Under the pieces are notes generated by a model, which worked only from the letters and a program-made list of their open reading frames with translations, was not told the DNA's origin and searched no databases. The position numbers and the translations under genes were made by a program. This document shows positions 27,851-42,700 of a stretch of DNA of 64,000 bases, piece after piece; the first letter of the stretch is position 1; each line of letters opens with the position of its first letter. This stretch comes from the human T2T-CHM13v2.0 reference genome, Homo sapiens. The stretch lies in assembly GCF_009914755.1 (NCBI RefSeq), contig NC_060933.1; one strand, 5' to 3'.

Positions 27851-28544
27851 GTTGAATCCATTCCATTGCATTCCATTCCATTCCATTCCCCTGCAGTCGG
27901 GTTGATTCCATTCCATTCCATTCCATTCCATTCCATTCCATTCCATTCCGTTCCGTTCCGTTCCGTTCCATTCCATTCCATTACATTCCATTCTATTCGG
28001 GTTAATTCCATTCCATTCCATTCCATTCCATTCCATTCCATTCCAATCGAGTTGATTCCATTCCATTTCATTCCATTCCATTCCACTCCATTCCGTTCCA
28101 TTCCATTCCATTCCATTGTATTCGGGTTAATTCCATTCCATTCCATTCCATTCCATTCCATTCCATCACAATCGAGTTGGTTCCATTCCATTCCATTCCA
28201 TTCCATTCCATTCCATTCCATTCCGGATGATTCCATTCCATTACATTCCGTCCCATTATATACCCCTGCACTCGGGTTGATTCCATTCCATTCCATTCCA
28301 TTCCATTCGATTCCATTCCATTCCAATTCTTTCCATTCCATTCTATTCCGTACCATTCCATTCCATTCCATACCATTCCATTCCATTCCATTCCATTCCA
28401 TTCCATTCCGTTCCGTTCCGTTCCGTTCCATTCCATTCCATTCAATTTTATTCGGGTTAATTCCATTCCATTCCATTCGATTCCATTCCATTGTATTCCA
28501 TTCCATTGCAATCGAGTTGAATCCATTGCATTCCATTCCTTTCC

Positions 28545-28559
28545 ATTCCGGAAGATTCC
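28545..28559. promoter_or_regulatory. Consensus three-unit heat shock element, aTTCcgGAAgaTTCc (example from plus-strand domain B)
   Basis: Exact match to nTTCnnGAAnnTTCn. I counted 18 copies by eye between 26573 and 61620. Motif match only. Confidence 0.55.
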
Positions 28560-28873
28560 ATTCCATTGCATTCCATTCCATTCCATTCCCCTGCACTCGC
28601 TTTGATTCCATTCCATTCCATTCCATTCCGTTCCGTTCCGTTCCGTTCCGTTCCATTCCATTCCATTCCGTTCCGTTCCGTTCCGTTCCATTCCATTCCA
28701 TTCTATTCGGGTTAATTCCATTCCATTCCATTGGATTGCAATCGAGTTGATTCCATTCCATTCCCTCCCTTTCCATTCCATTCCATTCCATTCCTTTCCA
28801 TTCCATTACGGATGATTCCATTCCACTGCATTACATTCCATTCCATTCCCCTGTACTCGGGTTGATTCCATTC

Positions 28874-31800
28874 CATTCCATTCCATTCCATTCCATTCTA
28901 TTCCATTCCATTCCATTCCGGAAGATTCCATTCCATTGCATTCCATTCCATTCCATTCCCCTGCACTCACGTTCATTCCATTCCATTCCATTCCATTCCA
29001 TTCCATTCCGTTCCGTTCCGTTCCGTTCCATTCCATTCCATTCCATTCTATTCGGGTTAATTCCATTCCATTCTATTCGATTGCCATCGAGTTGATTCCA
29101 TTCCATTCCATTCCATTCCGTTCCATTCCATTCCATTCCTTTCCATTCCATTACGGATCACTCCATTCCATTGCATTCCATTCCATTCCATTCCCCTGTA
29201 CTCGGGTTGATTCCATTCCATTCCATTCCACTCCATTCGGTTCCGTTGCATTCCATTCTATTGCATTCCATTCTATTCGGGTTAATTCCATTCCATTCTA
29301 TTCCATTCCATTCCATTCCATTCCATTGCAACGGAGTTGGTTCCATTCCATTCCATTCCATTCCGGATGATTCCATTCCATTGCATTCCATTCCATTCCA
29401 TTCCATTCCCCTGCACTCGTGTTGATTCCATTCACTTCCATTCCATTCCATTCCATTCCATTCTATTCCGATTAATTCCATTCCATTCCATTCCATTCCA
29501 TTCCATTGCAATCGAGCTGATTCCATTCCATTCCTTTCCATTCCATTCCATTGCCTTGCATTACACTCGGGTTGATTCCATTCCCTTCTTTCCACTCCAT
29601 TACATTCCCTTCCATTCCACTCGGAATGATTGATTCCATTCCATTCCATTCCATTTCATTCCTTTGCAATCCATTCCAATCCATTCCATTCCATTCCATT
29701 CCACTCGAGATGACTTCATTCCATTCCTTTCCATTCCATTCCATTCCATTCCTTTCCACTCGAGTTGATTCCATTCCATTCCAATCCATTGCATTCCATT
29801 CCATGCCATTCCACTCGGGTTGATTCCATTCTTTGCATTCCATTCCATTCCATTCCATTGCATTCCATTCCATTCCAATCCGTTGCATTCCATTCCATTA
29901 CATTCGGATTGATTCTATTCAACTCCCTTACTCTCCATTACATTCCATTCCATTCGGGTTGTTCCATTCCATTCCATTCCATTCCACTCCATTCCATTGC
30001 ACTCGGGTTGATTCCATTCCATTCCATTCCATTCCATTCCATTCCATTCCGGATGATTCCATTCCATTGCATTCCGTTCCATTACATTCCCCTGCACTCG
30101 GGTTGATACCATTCCATTCCATTCCATTCCATTCCGGATGATTCCATTCCATTGCATTCCATTCCATTCCATTCCCATGCACTCGGGTTGATTACATTCC
30201 ATTTCCTTCCCTTCCATTCCTTTCCATTCCATTCCATTCCATTCTATTCGGGTGAATTCCATTCCATTCCGTTCCATTCCACTCCATTCCATTCCATTCC
30301 ATTCCATTCCATTCCATTGGAATCGAGTTGATTCCATTCTATTCCATTCCATTCCGTTCCGGATGATTCCATTCCATTCCATTCCATTCCATTCCATTCC
30401 ATTCCATTCCATTCCATTCCATTCCCCTGCAGTCGGGTTGATTCCATTCCATTCCATTCCATTCCATTCCATTCCATTCCATTCTGTTCCGTTCCATTCC
30501 ATTCCACTCCATTCTATTCGGGTTAATTCCATTCCATTCCATTCCATTCCATTCCATTCCATTCCATTCCAATCGAGTTGATTCCATTCCATTCCATTCT
30601 ATTCCATTCCATTCCACTCCATTCCAGTGCTTTCCATTCCATTACACTCGGGTTGATTCCATTCTATTCCTTTAAACTCCTTTCCATTCCATTGCAATCG
30701 AGTTGATTCCATTGCTTTGCATTCCATTCCATTCCATTCCATTCCGGATGATTCCTTTCCATTGCATTCCATTCCATTCCATTCCCCTGCACTCGGGTTG
30801 ATTCCATTCCATTCCACTCCATTCCGTTCCATTCCATTCCATTCCATTTTATTCGGGTTAATTCCATTCCATTCCATTCCATTCCATTCCATTACAATCG
30901 AGTTTATTCCATTCCATTCCATTCCATTCCATTCCAGTCCTTTCCATTCCATTCCACTCGGGTTGATTCCATTCTATTAGTTTCCATTCCATTCCATTCC
31001 CTTCCATTCCACTCTGGTTGATTGCATTCCTTTCCATTCCACTCGAATACATTCCCTCATATTCCACTCGGAACGATTCCATTCCATTCTATTCCATTCC
31101 ATTCCATTCCATTCCATTCCAGTTCGTTCCATTCCATTCTATTCCGTACTATTCCATTCCATTCCATTCCTTTCCATTCCATTGCTTTCCACTCGTGTTG
31201 ATTCCATTCCTTTCCATTCCATTCGGTTTGAAGGCATTCCATTCCATTCCATTCCATTACATTACATTCCATTGCGTTCCGTTCCGTTCCATTCCATTCC
31301 ATTACATTCCATTCCATTCCATTCCATTCTATTCCATTCCATTCCATTCCGGAAGATTCCATTCCATTGCATTCCATTCCATTCCATTCCCCTGCACTCA
31401 CGTTCATTCCATTCCATTCCATTCCATTCCATTCCATTCCGTTCCGTTCCGTTCCGTTCCATTCCATTCCATTCCATTCTATTCGGGTTAATTCCATTCC
31501 ATTCTATTCGATTGCCATCGAGTTGATTCCATTCCATTCCATTCCATTCCGTTCCATTCCATTCCATTCCTTTCCATTCCATTACGGATCACTCCATTCC
31601 ATTGCATTCCATTCCATTCCATTCCCCTGTACTCGGGTTGATTCCATTCCATTCCATTCCACTCCATTCGGTTCCGTTGCATTCCATTCTATTGCATTCC
31701 ATTCTATTCGGGTTAATTCCATTCCATTCTATTCCATTCCATTCCATTCCATTCCATTGCAACGGAGTTGGTTCCATTCCATTCCATTCCATTCCGGATG

Positions 31801-33756
31801 ATTCCATTCCATTGCATTCCATTCCATTCCATTCCATTCCCCTGCACTCGTGTTGATTCCATTCACTTCCATTCCATTCCATTCCATTCCATTCTATTCC
31901 GATTAATTCCATTCCATTCCATTCCATTCCATTCCATTGCAATCGAGCTGATTCCATTCCATTCCTTTCCATTCCATTCCATTGCCTTGCATTACACTCG
32001 GGTTGATTCCATTCCCTTCTTTCCACTCCATTACATTCCCTTCCATTCCACTCGGAATGATTGATTCCATTCCATTCCATTCCATTTCATTCCTTTGCAA
32101 TCCATTCCAATCCATTCCATTCCATTCCATTCCACTCGAGATGACTTCATTCCATTCCTTTCCATTCCATTCCATTCCATTCCTTTCCACTCGAGTTGAT
32201 TCCATTCCATTCCAATCCATTGCATTCCATTCCATGCCATTCCACTCGGGTTGATTCCATTCTTTGCATTCCATTCCATTCCATTCCATTGCATTCCATT
32301 CCATTCCAATCCGTTGCATTCCATTCCATTACATTCGGATTGATTCTATTCAACTCCCTTACTCTCCATTACATTCCATTCCATTCGGGTTGTTCCATTC
32401 CATTCCATTCCATTCCACTCCATTCCATTGCACTCGGGTTGATTCCATTCCATTCCATTCCATTCCATTCCATTCCATTCCGGATGATTCCATTCCATTG
32501 CATTCCGTTCCATTACATTCCCCTGCACTCGGGTTGATACCATTCCATTCCATTCCATTCCATTCCGGATGATTCCATTCCATTGCATTCCATTCCATTC
32601 CATTCCCATGCACTCGGGTTGATTACATTCCATTTCCTTCCCTTCCATTCCTTTCCATTCCATTCCATTCCATTCTATTCGGGTGAATTCCATTCCATTC
32701 CGTTCCATTCCACTCCATTCCATTCCATTCCATTCCATTCCATTCCATTGGAATCGAGTTGATTCCATTCTATTCCATTCCATTCCGTTCCGGATGATTC
32801 CATTCCATTCCATTCCATTCCATTCCATTCCATTCCATTCCATTCCATTCCATTCCCCTGCAGTCGGGTTGATTCCATTCCATTCCATTCCATTCCATTC
32901 CATTCCATTCCATTCTGTTCCGTTCCATTCCATTCCACTCCATTCTATTCGGGTTAATTCCATTCCATTCCATTCCATTCCATTCCATTCCATTCCATTC
33001 CAATCGAGTTGATTCCATTCCATTCCATTCTATTCCATTCCATTCCACTCCATTCCAGTGCTTTCCATTCCATTACACTCGGGTTGATTCCATTCTATTC
33101 CTTTAAACTCCTTTCCATTCCATTGCAATCGAGTTGATTCCATTGCTTTGCATTCCATTCCATTCCATTCCATTCCGGATGATTCCTTTCCATTGCATTC
33201 CATTCCATTCCATTCCCCTGCACTCGGGTTGATTCCATTCCATTCCACTCCATTCCGTTCCATTCCATTCCATTCCATTTTATTCGGGTTAATTCCATTC
33301 CATTCCATTCCATTCCATTCCATTACAATCGAGTTTATTCCATTCCATTCCATTCCATTCCATTCCAGTCCTTTCCATTCCATTCCACTCGGGTTGATTC
33401 CATTCTATTAGTTTCCATTCCATTCCATTCCCTTCCATTCCACTCTGGTTGATTGCATTCCTTTCCATTCCACTCGAATACATTCCCTCATATTCCACTC
33501 GGAACGATTCCATTCCATTCTATTCCATTCCATTCCATTCCATTCCATTCCAGTTCGTTCCATTCCATTCTATTCCGTACTATTCCATTCCATTCCATTC
33601 CTTTCCATTCCATTGCTTTCCACTCGTGTTGATTCCATTCCTTTCCATTCCATTCGGTTTGAAGGCATTCCATTCCATTCCATTCCATTACATTACATTC
33701 CATTGCGTTCCGTTCCGTTCCATTCCATTCCATTACATTCCATTCCATTCCATTCC
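28874..33756 (+). repeat. Near-perfect tandem duplication, unit 2431 bp
   Basis: More than 20 ORF pairs have identical translations at constant offset 2431 (e.g. 28936/31367, 29915/32346, 30858/33289). The match breaks at 28873/31304 and 31326/33757. Confidence 0.95.
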
Positions 33757-36700
33757 GTTTCGTTGCATTCCATTCCATTCCATTCTATTCGGGTTAATTC
33801 CATTCCATTCCATTCGATTGCCATCGAGTTGATTCCATTCCATTCCATTCCATTCCATTCCATTCCATTCCATTCCTTTCCATTCCATTACGGATGACTC
33901 CATTCCATTGCATTCCATTCCATTCCATTCCCCTGTACTCGGGTTGATTCCATTCCATTCCATTCCACTCCATTCGGTTCCGTTGCATTCCATTCTATTG
34001 CATTCCATTCTATTCGGGTTAATTCCATTCAATTCTATTGCATTCCATTCCATTCCATTCCATTGCAATGGAGTTTATTCCATTCCATTCCATTCCATTC
34101 CGGATGATTCCATTCCATTGCATTCCATTCCATTCCATTGCCCTGCACTCGTGTTCAGTCCATTGCGTTCCATTCCATTCCATTCCATTCTATTCCGGTT
34201 AATTCCATTCCATTCCATTCCATTCCATTGCAATCGAGTTGATTCCATTCCATTCCTTTCCATTCCATTCCATTGCCTTGCATTCCACTCGGGTTGATTC
34301 CATTCCGTTCTTTCCACTCCATTACATTCCCTTGCATTCCACTCGGAATGATTGATTCCATTCCATTCCATTCCATTTCATTCCATTGCAATCCATTCCA
34401 ATCCATTCCATTCCATTCCATTCCACTCGAGTTGACTTCATTCCATTCCTTTCCATTCCATTCCATTCCTTTCCACTCGAGTTGATTCCATTCCATTCCA
34501 ATCCATTGCATTCCATTGCATGCCATTCCACTCGGGTTGATTCCATTCCCTTGCATTCCATTCCATTACATTCCATTCCATTCCATTCCATTCCATTCCA
34601 TTCCATTCCGTTGCATTCCATTCCATTTCATTCGGATTGATTCTATTCAACTCCCTTACTCTCCATTACATTCCATTGCATTCGGGTTGTTCCATTCCAT
34701 TCCATTCCATTCCACTCCATTCCATTGCACTCGGGTTGATTCCATTCCATTCCTTTCCATTCCATTCCATTCCGGATGATTCCATTCCATTGCATTCCGT
34801 TCCATTACATTCCCCTGCACTCGCGTGGATTCCATTCCATTCCATTCCATTCCATTCAATTCCATTCCATTACAATTCGTTCCATTCCATTCTATTCCGT
34901 ACCATTCCATTCCGTTCCATTCCATTCCATTCCATTCTATTCGGGTTAATTCCATTCCATTCCATTCCATCCCATTCTATTACATTCCATTGCAATCGAG
35001 TTGAATCCATTGCATTTCATTCCATTCCATACCATTCCATTCCATTCCAGAAGATTCCATTCCATTGCATTCCATTCCATTCCATTCCCCTGCACTCGCA
35101 TTGATTCCATTCCATTCCATTCCATTCAATTCCATTCCATTCCATTCCGTTCCATTCCATTCCATTCCATTCCATTCCATTCCATTCTGTTCCGTTCCAT
35201 TCCATTCCATTCCATTCTATTCGGGTTAATTCCATTCCATTCCATTCGATTGCAATCGTGTTGATTCCATTCCATTCCATTCCATTCCATTCCTTTCGAT
35301 TCCATTACGGATGATTCCATTCCATTGCATTCCATTCCATTCCATTCCCCTGTACTCGGGTTGATTCCATTCCATTGCATTCCAATCCATGCCCTTCCAC
35401 TCGTGTTGATTCCATTCTTTCCATTCCATTCAAGTTGAATCCATTCCATTGCATTCCATTCAATTCGATTCCATTCGATTGCACTCTGGTTGATTCTATT
35501 CCATTGCATTCCATTCCATTCCATTGCATTCCATTCCATTCCATTGCATTCCATTCCATTCCATTCCATTCCATTCCATTCCATTCCGTTCCATTCCATT
35601 CCATTACATTCGGATTGATTCTATTCAATTCCCTTACACTCCATTACATTCCTTTCCATTCGGGTAGATTCCATTCCATTCCATTCCATTCCTCTCCATT
35701 CCATTGCATTCGGGTTGATTCCATTCCATTGCATTCAATTCCATTCCATTCAATTCCATTCCGTTCCATTCCATCCCATTACATTCGGATTGATTCTATT
35801 CAACTCCCTTACTCTCCATTACATTCCATTCCATTCGGGTTGTTCCATTCCATTCCATTCCATTCGATTCCATTCCATTCCTGAAGATTCCATTCCATTG
35901 CATTCCATTCCATTCCATTCCCCTACACTCGCGTTGATTCCATTCCATTCCATTCCATTCCATTCCATTCCATTCCTTTCCGTTCTGTTCCATTCCATTC
36001 CATTGCATTCCATTCCATTCCGTTCCGTTCCGTTCCATTCCATTCCATTCCATTCCATTCCATTCCATTCCATTCGGGTTAATTCCATTCCATTCCATTC
36101 GATTGCAATCGAGTTGATTCCATTCCATTCCATTCCATTCCATTCCAGTCCTTTCCATTCCATTCCACTCGGGTTGATTCCATTCTATTAGTTTCCATTC
36201 CATTCCATTCGCTTCCATTCCACTCTGGTTGATTCCATTCCTTTCCATTCCACTCGAATACATTCCCTCCTATTCCACTCGGAACGATTCCATTCCATTC
36301 CATTCCATTCCATTCCATTCCATTCCATTCCAGTTCGTTCCATTCCGTTCTATTCCGTACCATTCCATTCCATTCCATTCCTTTCCATTCCATTCCTTTC
36401 CACTCGTGTTGATTCCATTCCTTTCCATTCCATTCGGTTTGAAGGCTTTCCATTCCATTCCATTCCATTCCATTCCATTCCATTCCATTCCATATTATTC
36501 CATTCCATTGCAATCGAGTTGAATCCATTGCCTTTCATTCCATTCCATTCCATTCTGGAAGATTCCATTCCATTGCATTCCATTCCATTCCATTCCCCTG
36601 CACTCGCGTTGATTCCATTCCATTCCATTCCGTTCCGTTCCACTCCATTCCATTCCATTCCATTCCATTCCATTCCGTTCCGTTCCATTCCATTCCATTC

Positions 36701-39700
36701 CATTCTATTCGGGTTAATTCCATTCCATTCCATTCGATTGCCATCGCGTTGATTCCATTCCATTCCATTCCATTCCATTCCATTCCATTCCTTTCCATTC
36801 CATTACGGATGACTCCGTTCCATTGCATTCCATTCCATTCCATTCCCCTGTACTCGGGTTGATTCCATTCCATTCCATTCCACTCCATTCGGTTCCGTTG
36901 CATTCCATTCTATTGCATTCCATTCTATTCGGATTAATTCCATTCCATTCTATTCCATTCCATGCCATTCCCTTCCATTGCAATGGAGTTGATTCCATTC
37001 CATTCCATTCCATTCCGGATGATTCCATTCCATTGTATTCCATTCCATTCCATTCCCCTGCACTCGTGTTGATTCCATTCCCTTCCATTCCATTCCATTC
37101 CGTTCCATTCCATTCCATTCCATTCTATTCCAGTTAATTCCATTCCATTCCATTCCATTCCATTCCATTCCATTGCAATCGAGTTGATTCCATTCCATTC
37201 CTTTCCATTCCATTCCATTGCCTTGCATTCCACTCGGGTTGATTCCATTCCTTTCTTTCCACTCCATTACAATCCCTTCCATTCCACTCGGAATGATTGA
37301 TTCCATTCCATTCCATTCCATTTCATTCCATTGCAATCCATTCCAATCCATTCCATTCCATTCCATTCCACTCGAGTTGACTTCATTCCATTCCTTTCCA
37401 TTCCATTCCATTCCTTTCCACTCGAGTTGATTCCATTCCATTCCATTCCATTGCATTCCATTCCATGCCATTCCACTCGGGTTGATTCCATTCCTTTGCA
37501 TTCCATTCCATTCCATTCCATTCCATTCCATTCCGTTGCATTCCATTCCATTACATTCGGATTGATTCTATTCAACTCCCTTACTGTTCATTACATTCCA
37601 TTCCATTCGGGTTGTTTCATTCCATTCCATTCCTTTCCACTCCATTCCATTGCATTCGGGTTGATTCCATTCCATTCCATTCCATTCCATTCCATTCCAG
37701 ATGATTCCATTCCATTGCATTCCGTTCCATTACATTCCCCTGCACTCGCGTTGATTCCATTCCATTCCATTCCATTCCATTCCATTCCATTCAATTCTAT
37801 TACAATTCGTTCCATTCCATTCTATTCCGTACCATTCCATTCCATTCCATACCATACCATTCCATTCCATTCCATTCCATTCCGTTCCATTCCGTTCCAT
37901 TCCATTCCATTCTATTCGGGTTAATTCCATTCCATTCCATTCCATTCCATTCCATTCTATTCCATTCCATTGCAATCGAGTTGAATCCATTGCATTTCAT
38001 TCCATTCCATTGCATTCCATTGCATTCCGGAAGATTCCATTCCATTGCATTGCATTCCATTCCATTCCCCTGCACTCGCGTTGATTCCATTCCATTCCAT
38101 TCCATTCCATTCCATTCCATTCCATTCCGTTCCGTTCCGTTCCATTCCATTCCATTCCATTCCATTCCTTTCCATTCCATTACGGATGATTCCATTCCAT
38201 TGCATTCCATTCCATTCCATTCCCCTGTACTCGGGTTGATTCCATTCCATTGCATTCCAATCCATGCCCTTCCACTCGTGTTGATTCCATTCTTTCCATT
38301 CCATTCAAGTTGAATCCATTCCATTGTATTCCATTCCATTCGATTCCATTCGATTGCACTCGGGTTGATTCCATTCCATTGCATTCCATTCCATTCCATT
38401 ACATTCCATTCCATTCCGTTCCATTCCATTCCATTACATTCGGATTGATTCTATTCAATTCCCTTACACTCCATTACATTCCATTCCATTCGGGTAGTTT
38501 CCATTCCATTCCATTCCTCTCCATTCCATTGCACTCGGATTGATTCCATTCCATTGCACTCCATTCCATTCGATTTCATTCCATTCCATTCCTTTCCATT
38601 CCATTCCATTCCATTCCATTCCATTGCAATCGAGTTGATTACATTCCATTCCTTTCAATTCCATTCCATTGCCTTGCATTCCACTCTGGTTGATTCCATT
38701 CCCTTCTTTCCACTCCATTACATTCCCTTCCATTCCACTCGGAATGATTGATTCCATTCGATTCCATTCCATTTTATTCCATTGCAATCTATTCCAATCC
38801 ATTCCATTCCATTCCATTCCACTCGAGTTGATTTCATTCCATTCCTTTCCATTCCATTCCATTCCTTTCCACTCGAGTTGATTCCATTCCATTCCATTCC
38901 ATTGCATTCCATTCCATGCCATTCCACTCGGGTTGATTCCATTCCATTCCATTCCATTCCATTCCATTCCATTCCATTCCATTGCATTCCATTCCATTCC
39001 TTTCCCCTGCACTCGGGTTGATTCCATTCCATTCCATTCCCTTTAATTCCATTCCATTCCATTCCATTCCATTCCAATCCGTTCCATTCCATTCGATTCT
39101 ATTCCATTGCAATCGACTTGATTCCATTCCATTCCATTCCATTCCATTCCATTCCATTCCATTCCATTCCATTCCATCCCATTTTGTTCCAATCCATTCT
39201 ATTCCGAACCATTCCATTCCATTCCATTCCATTCCATTCCATTCCATTCCATGCCATTCCACTCGGGTTGATTCCATTCCTTTCCATTCCATTCGGGTAG
39301 AATCCAATCCACTCCATTCCATTCCATTCGAATCCATTCCATTGCACTCGGGTTGATTCCATTCCATTCCATTCCATTCCATTCCATTCCATTCCATTCC
39401 ATTCCATTCCGTTCGATTCCATTTCATTACATTCAGATTGATTCTATTCAATTCCCTTGCACTCCATTATATTCCAATCCATTCTGGTTGTTTCCATTCC
39501 ATTCCATTCCATTTCATTCCATTCCATTGCACTCGGTTTGATTCCATTCCATTCCATTCCATTCCATTCCGGATGATTCCATTCCATTGCATTCCATTCC
39601 ATTCCATTCCCCTGCACTCAGGTTGATTCCATTCCATTCCATTCCACTTCATTCGGTTCCGTTGCATTCCATTCTATTGCATTCCATTCTATTCGGGTTA

Positions 39701-42700
39701 ATTCCATTCCATTCTATTCCATTCCATTCCATTCCATTCCATTGCAATGGAGTTGATTCCATTCCATTCCATTCCATTCCGGATGATTCCATTCCATTGC
39801 ATTCCATTCCATTCCATTCCCCTGCACTCGTGTTGATTCCATTACCTTCCATTCCATTCCATTCCGTTCCATTCCATTGCATTCCATTCTATTCCGGTTA
39901 ATTCCATTCCATTCCATTCCATTCCATTCCATTCCATTGCAATCGAGTTGATTCCATTCCATTCCATTCCATTTCATTCCGTTGCAATCCATTCCAATCT
40001 ATTCCATTCCATTCCATTCCACTCGAGTTGATTTCATTCCATTCCTTTCCATTCCATTCCTTTCCACTCGAGTTGATTCCATTCCATTCCATTCCATTGC
40101 ATTCCATTCCATGCCATTCCACTCGGGTTGATTCCATTCCTTTGTATTCCATTCCATTCCATTCCATTCCATTCCATTCCATTCCATTCCATTCCATTCC
40201 ATTCCGTTGCATTCCATTCCATTACATTCGGATTGATTCTATTCAACTCCCTTACTCTCCATTACATTCCATTCCATTCGGGTTATTCCATTCCATTCCA
40301 TTCCATTCCACTCCATTCCATTGCACTCGGGTTGATTCCATTCCATTCCATTCCATTCCATTCCATTCCATTCCATTCCATTCCGGATGATTCCATTCCA
40401 TTGCATTCCGTTCCATTACATTCCCCTGCACTCGCGTTGATTCCATTCCATTCCATTCCATTCCATTCAATTCCATTCCATTACAATTCGTTCCATTCCA
40501 TTCTATTCCGTACCATTCCATTCCATTCCGTACCATTCCATTCCATTCCATTCCATTCCATTCCATTCCGTTCCATTCCATTCCATTCCATTCTATTCGG
40601 GGTAATTGCATTCCATTCCATTCCATTCCATTCTATTCCATTCCATTGCAATCGAGTTGAATCCATTGCATTTCATTCCATTCCATTCCATTCCATTCCA
40701 TTCCGGAAGATTCCATTCCATTGCATTCCATTCCATTCCATCTCCCTGCACTCGCGTTGATTCCATTCCATTCCATTCCATTCCATTCCATTCCGTTCCG
40801 TTCCGTTCCGTTCCGTTCCGTTCCATTCCATTCCATTCCATTCCATTCCGTTCCGTTCCATTCCATTCCATTCCATTCTATTCGGGTTAATTCCATTCCA
40901 TTCCATTCGATTGCAATCGTGTTGATTCCATTCCATTCCATTCCATTCCATTCCATTCCATTCCATTCCATTCCATTCCTTTCCATTCCATTACGGATGA
41001 TTCCATTCCATTGCATTCCATTCCATTCCATTCCCCTGTACTCGGGTTGATTCCATTCCATTCCATTCCAATCCATGCCATTCCACTCGTGTTGATTCCA
41101 TTCTTTCCATTCCATTCAGGTTGAATCCATTCCATTGCATTCCATTCCATTCCATTCCCCTGCAGTCGGGTTGATTCCATTCCATTCCATTCCATTCCAT
41201 TCCATTCCGTTCCGTTCCGTTCCGTTCCATTCCATTCCATTCCATTCCAATCGAGTTGATTCCATTCCATTCCATTCCATTCCATTCCTTTCCACTCCAT
41301 TCCAGTCCTTTCCATTCCATTCCACTCCGGTTGATTCCAATGTATTCCTTTCCATTCCATTCCATTCCATTGCAATCGAGTTGATTCCATTGCTTTGCAT
41401 TCCATTCCATACCACTCCATTCCGGATGATTCCATTCCATTGCATTCCATTCCATTCCATTCCCCTGCACTCGGGTTGATTCCATTCCATTCCACTCCAT
41501 TCGGTTCGATTCCATTCCATTCCATTGTATTCGGGTTAATTCCATTCCATTCCATTCCATTGCACTCCATTCCATTCCATTCCATTCCATCACAATCGAG
41601 TTGATTCCATTCCAATCCATTCCATTCCATTCCAGTCCTTTCCATTCCATTCCACTCAGGTTGATTCCATTCTATTAGTTTCCTTTCCATTCGATTCCCT
41701 TCCATTCCACTCTGGTTGATTCCATTCCTTTCCATTCCAGTCGAATACATTCACTCCTATTCCACTCGGAACGATTCCATTCCATTCCATTCCATTCCAT
41801 TCCATTCCATTCCAGTTCGTTCCATTCCGTTCTATTCCGTACCATTCCATTCCATTCCATTCCTTTCCATTCCATTCCTTTCCACTCGTGTTGATTCCAT
41901 TCCTTTCCATTCCATTCGGTTTGAAGGCATTCCATTCCATTCAATTCCATTCCATTCCATTCCATTCCATTCCATTCCATTCTATTCCATTCCATTGCAA
42001 TCGAGTTGAATCCATTGCCTTTCATTCCATTCCATTCCATTCCATTCCGGAAGATTCCATTCCATTGCATTCCATTCCATTCCATTCCCCTGCACTCGCG
42101 TTGATTCCATTCCATTCCATTCCATTCCATTCCTTTCCGTTCCATTCCATTCCATTCCATTCCATTCCGTTCCTTTCCATTCCATTCCATTCCATTCTAT
42201 TCGGGTGAATTCCATTCCATTCCATTCGATTGCCATCGAGTTGATTCCATTCCATTCCATTCCATTCCATTCCATTCCATTCCGTTCCGTTCCATTCCAT
42301 TCCATTCCATTCCATTCCATTCCATTCCATTCCGTTCTGTTCCATTCCATTCCATTCCATTCTATTCGGGTGAATTCCATTCCATTCCATTCGATTGCCA
42401 TAAAGTTGATTCCATTCCATTCCATTCCTTTCCATTCCATTACGGATGACTCCATTCCATTGCATTCCATTCCACTCCATTCCCCTGTACTCGTGTTGAT
42501 TCCATTCCATTCCATTCCACTCCATTCGGTTCCGTTGCATTCCATTCTATTGCATTCCATCTATTCGGGTTAATTCCATTCCATTCTATTCCATTCCATT
42601 CCATTCCATTCCATTGCAATGGAGTTGATTCCATTCCATTCCATTCCATTCCATTCCGGATGATTCCATTGCATTGCATTCCATTCCATTCCATTCCCCT

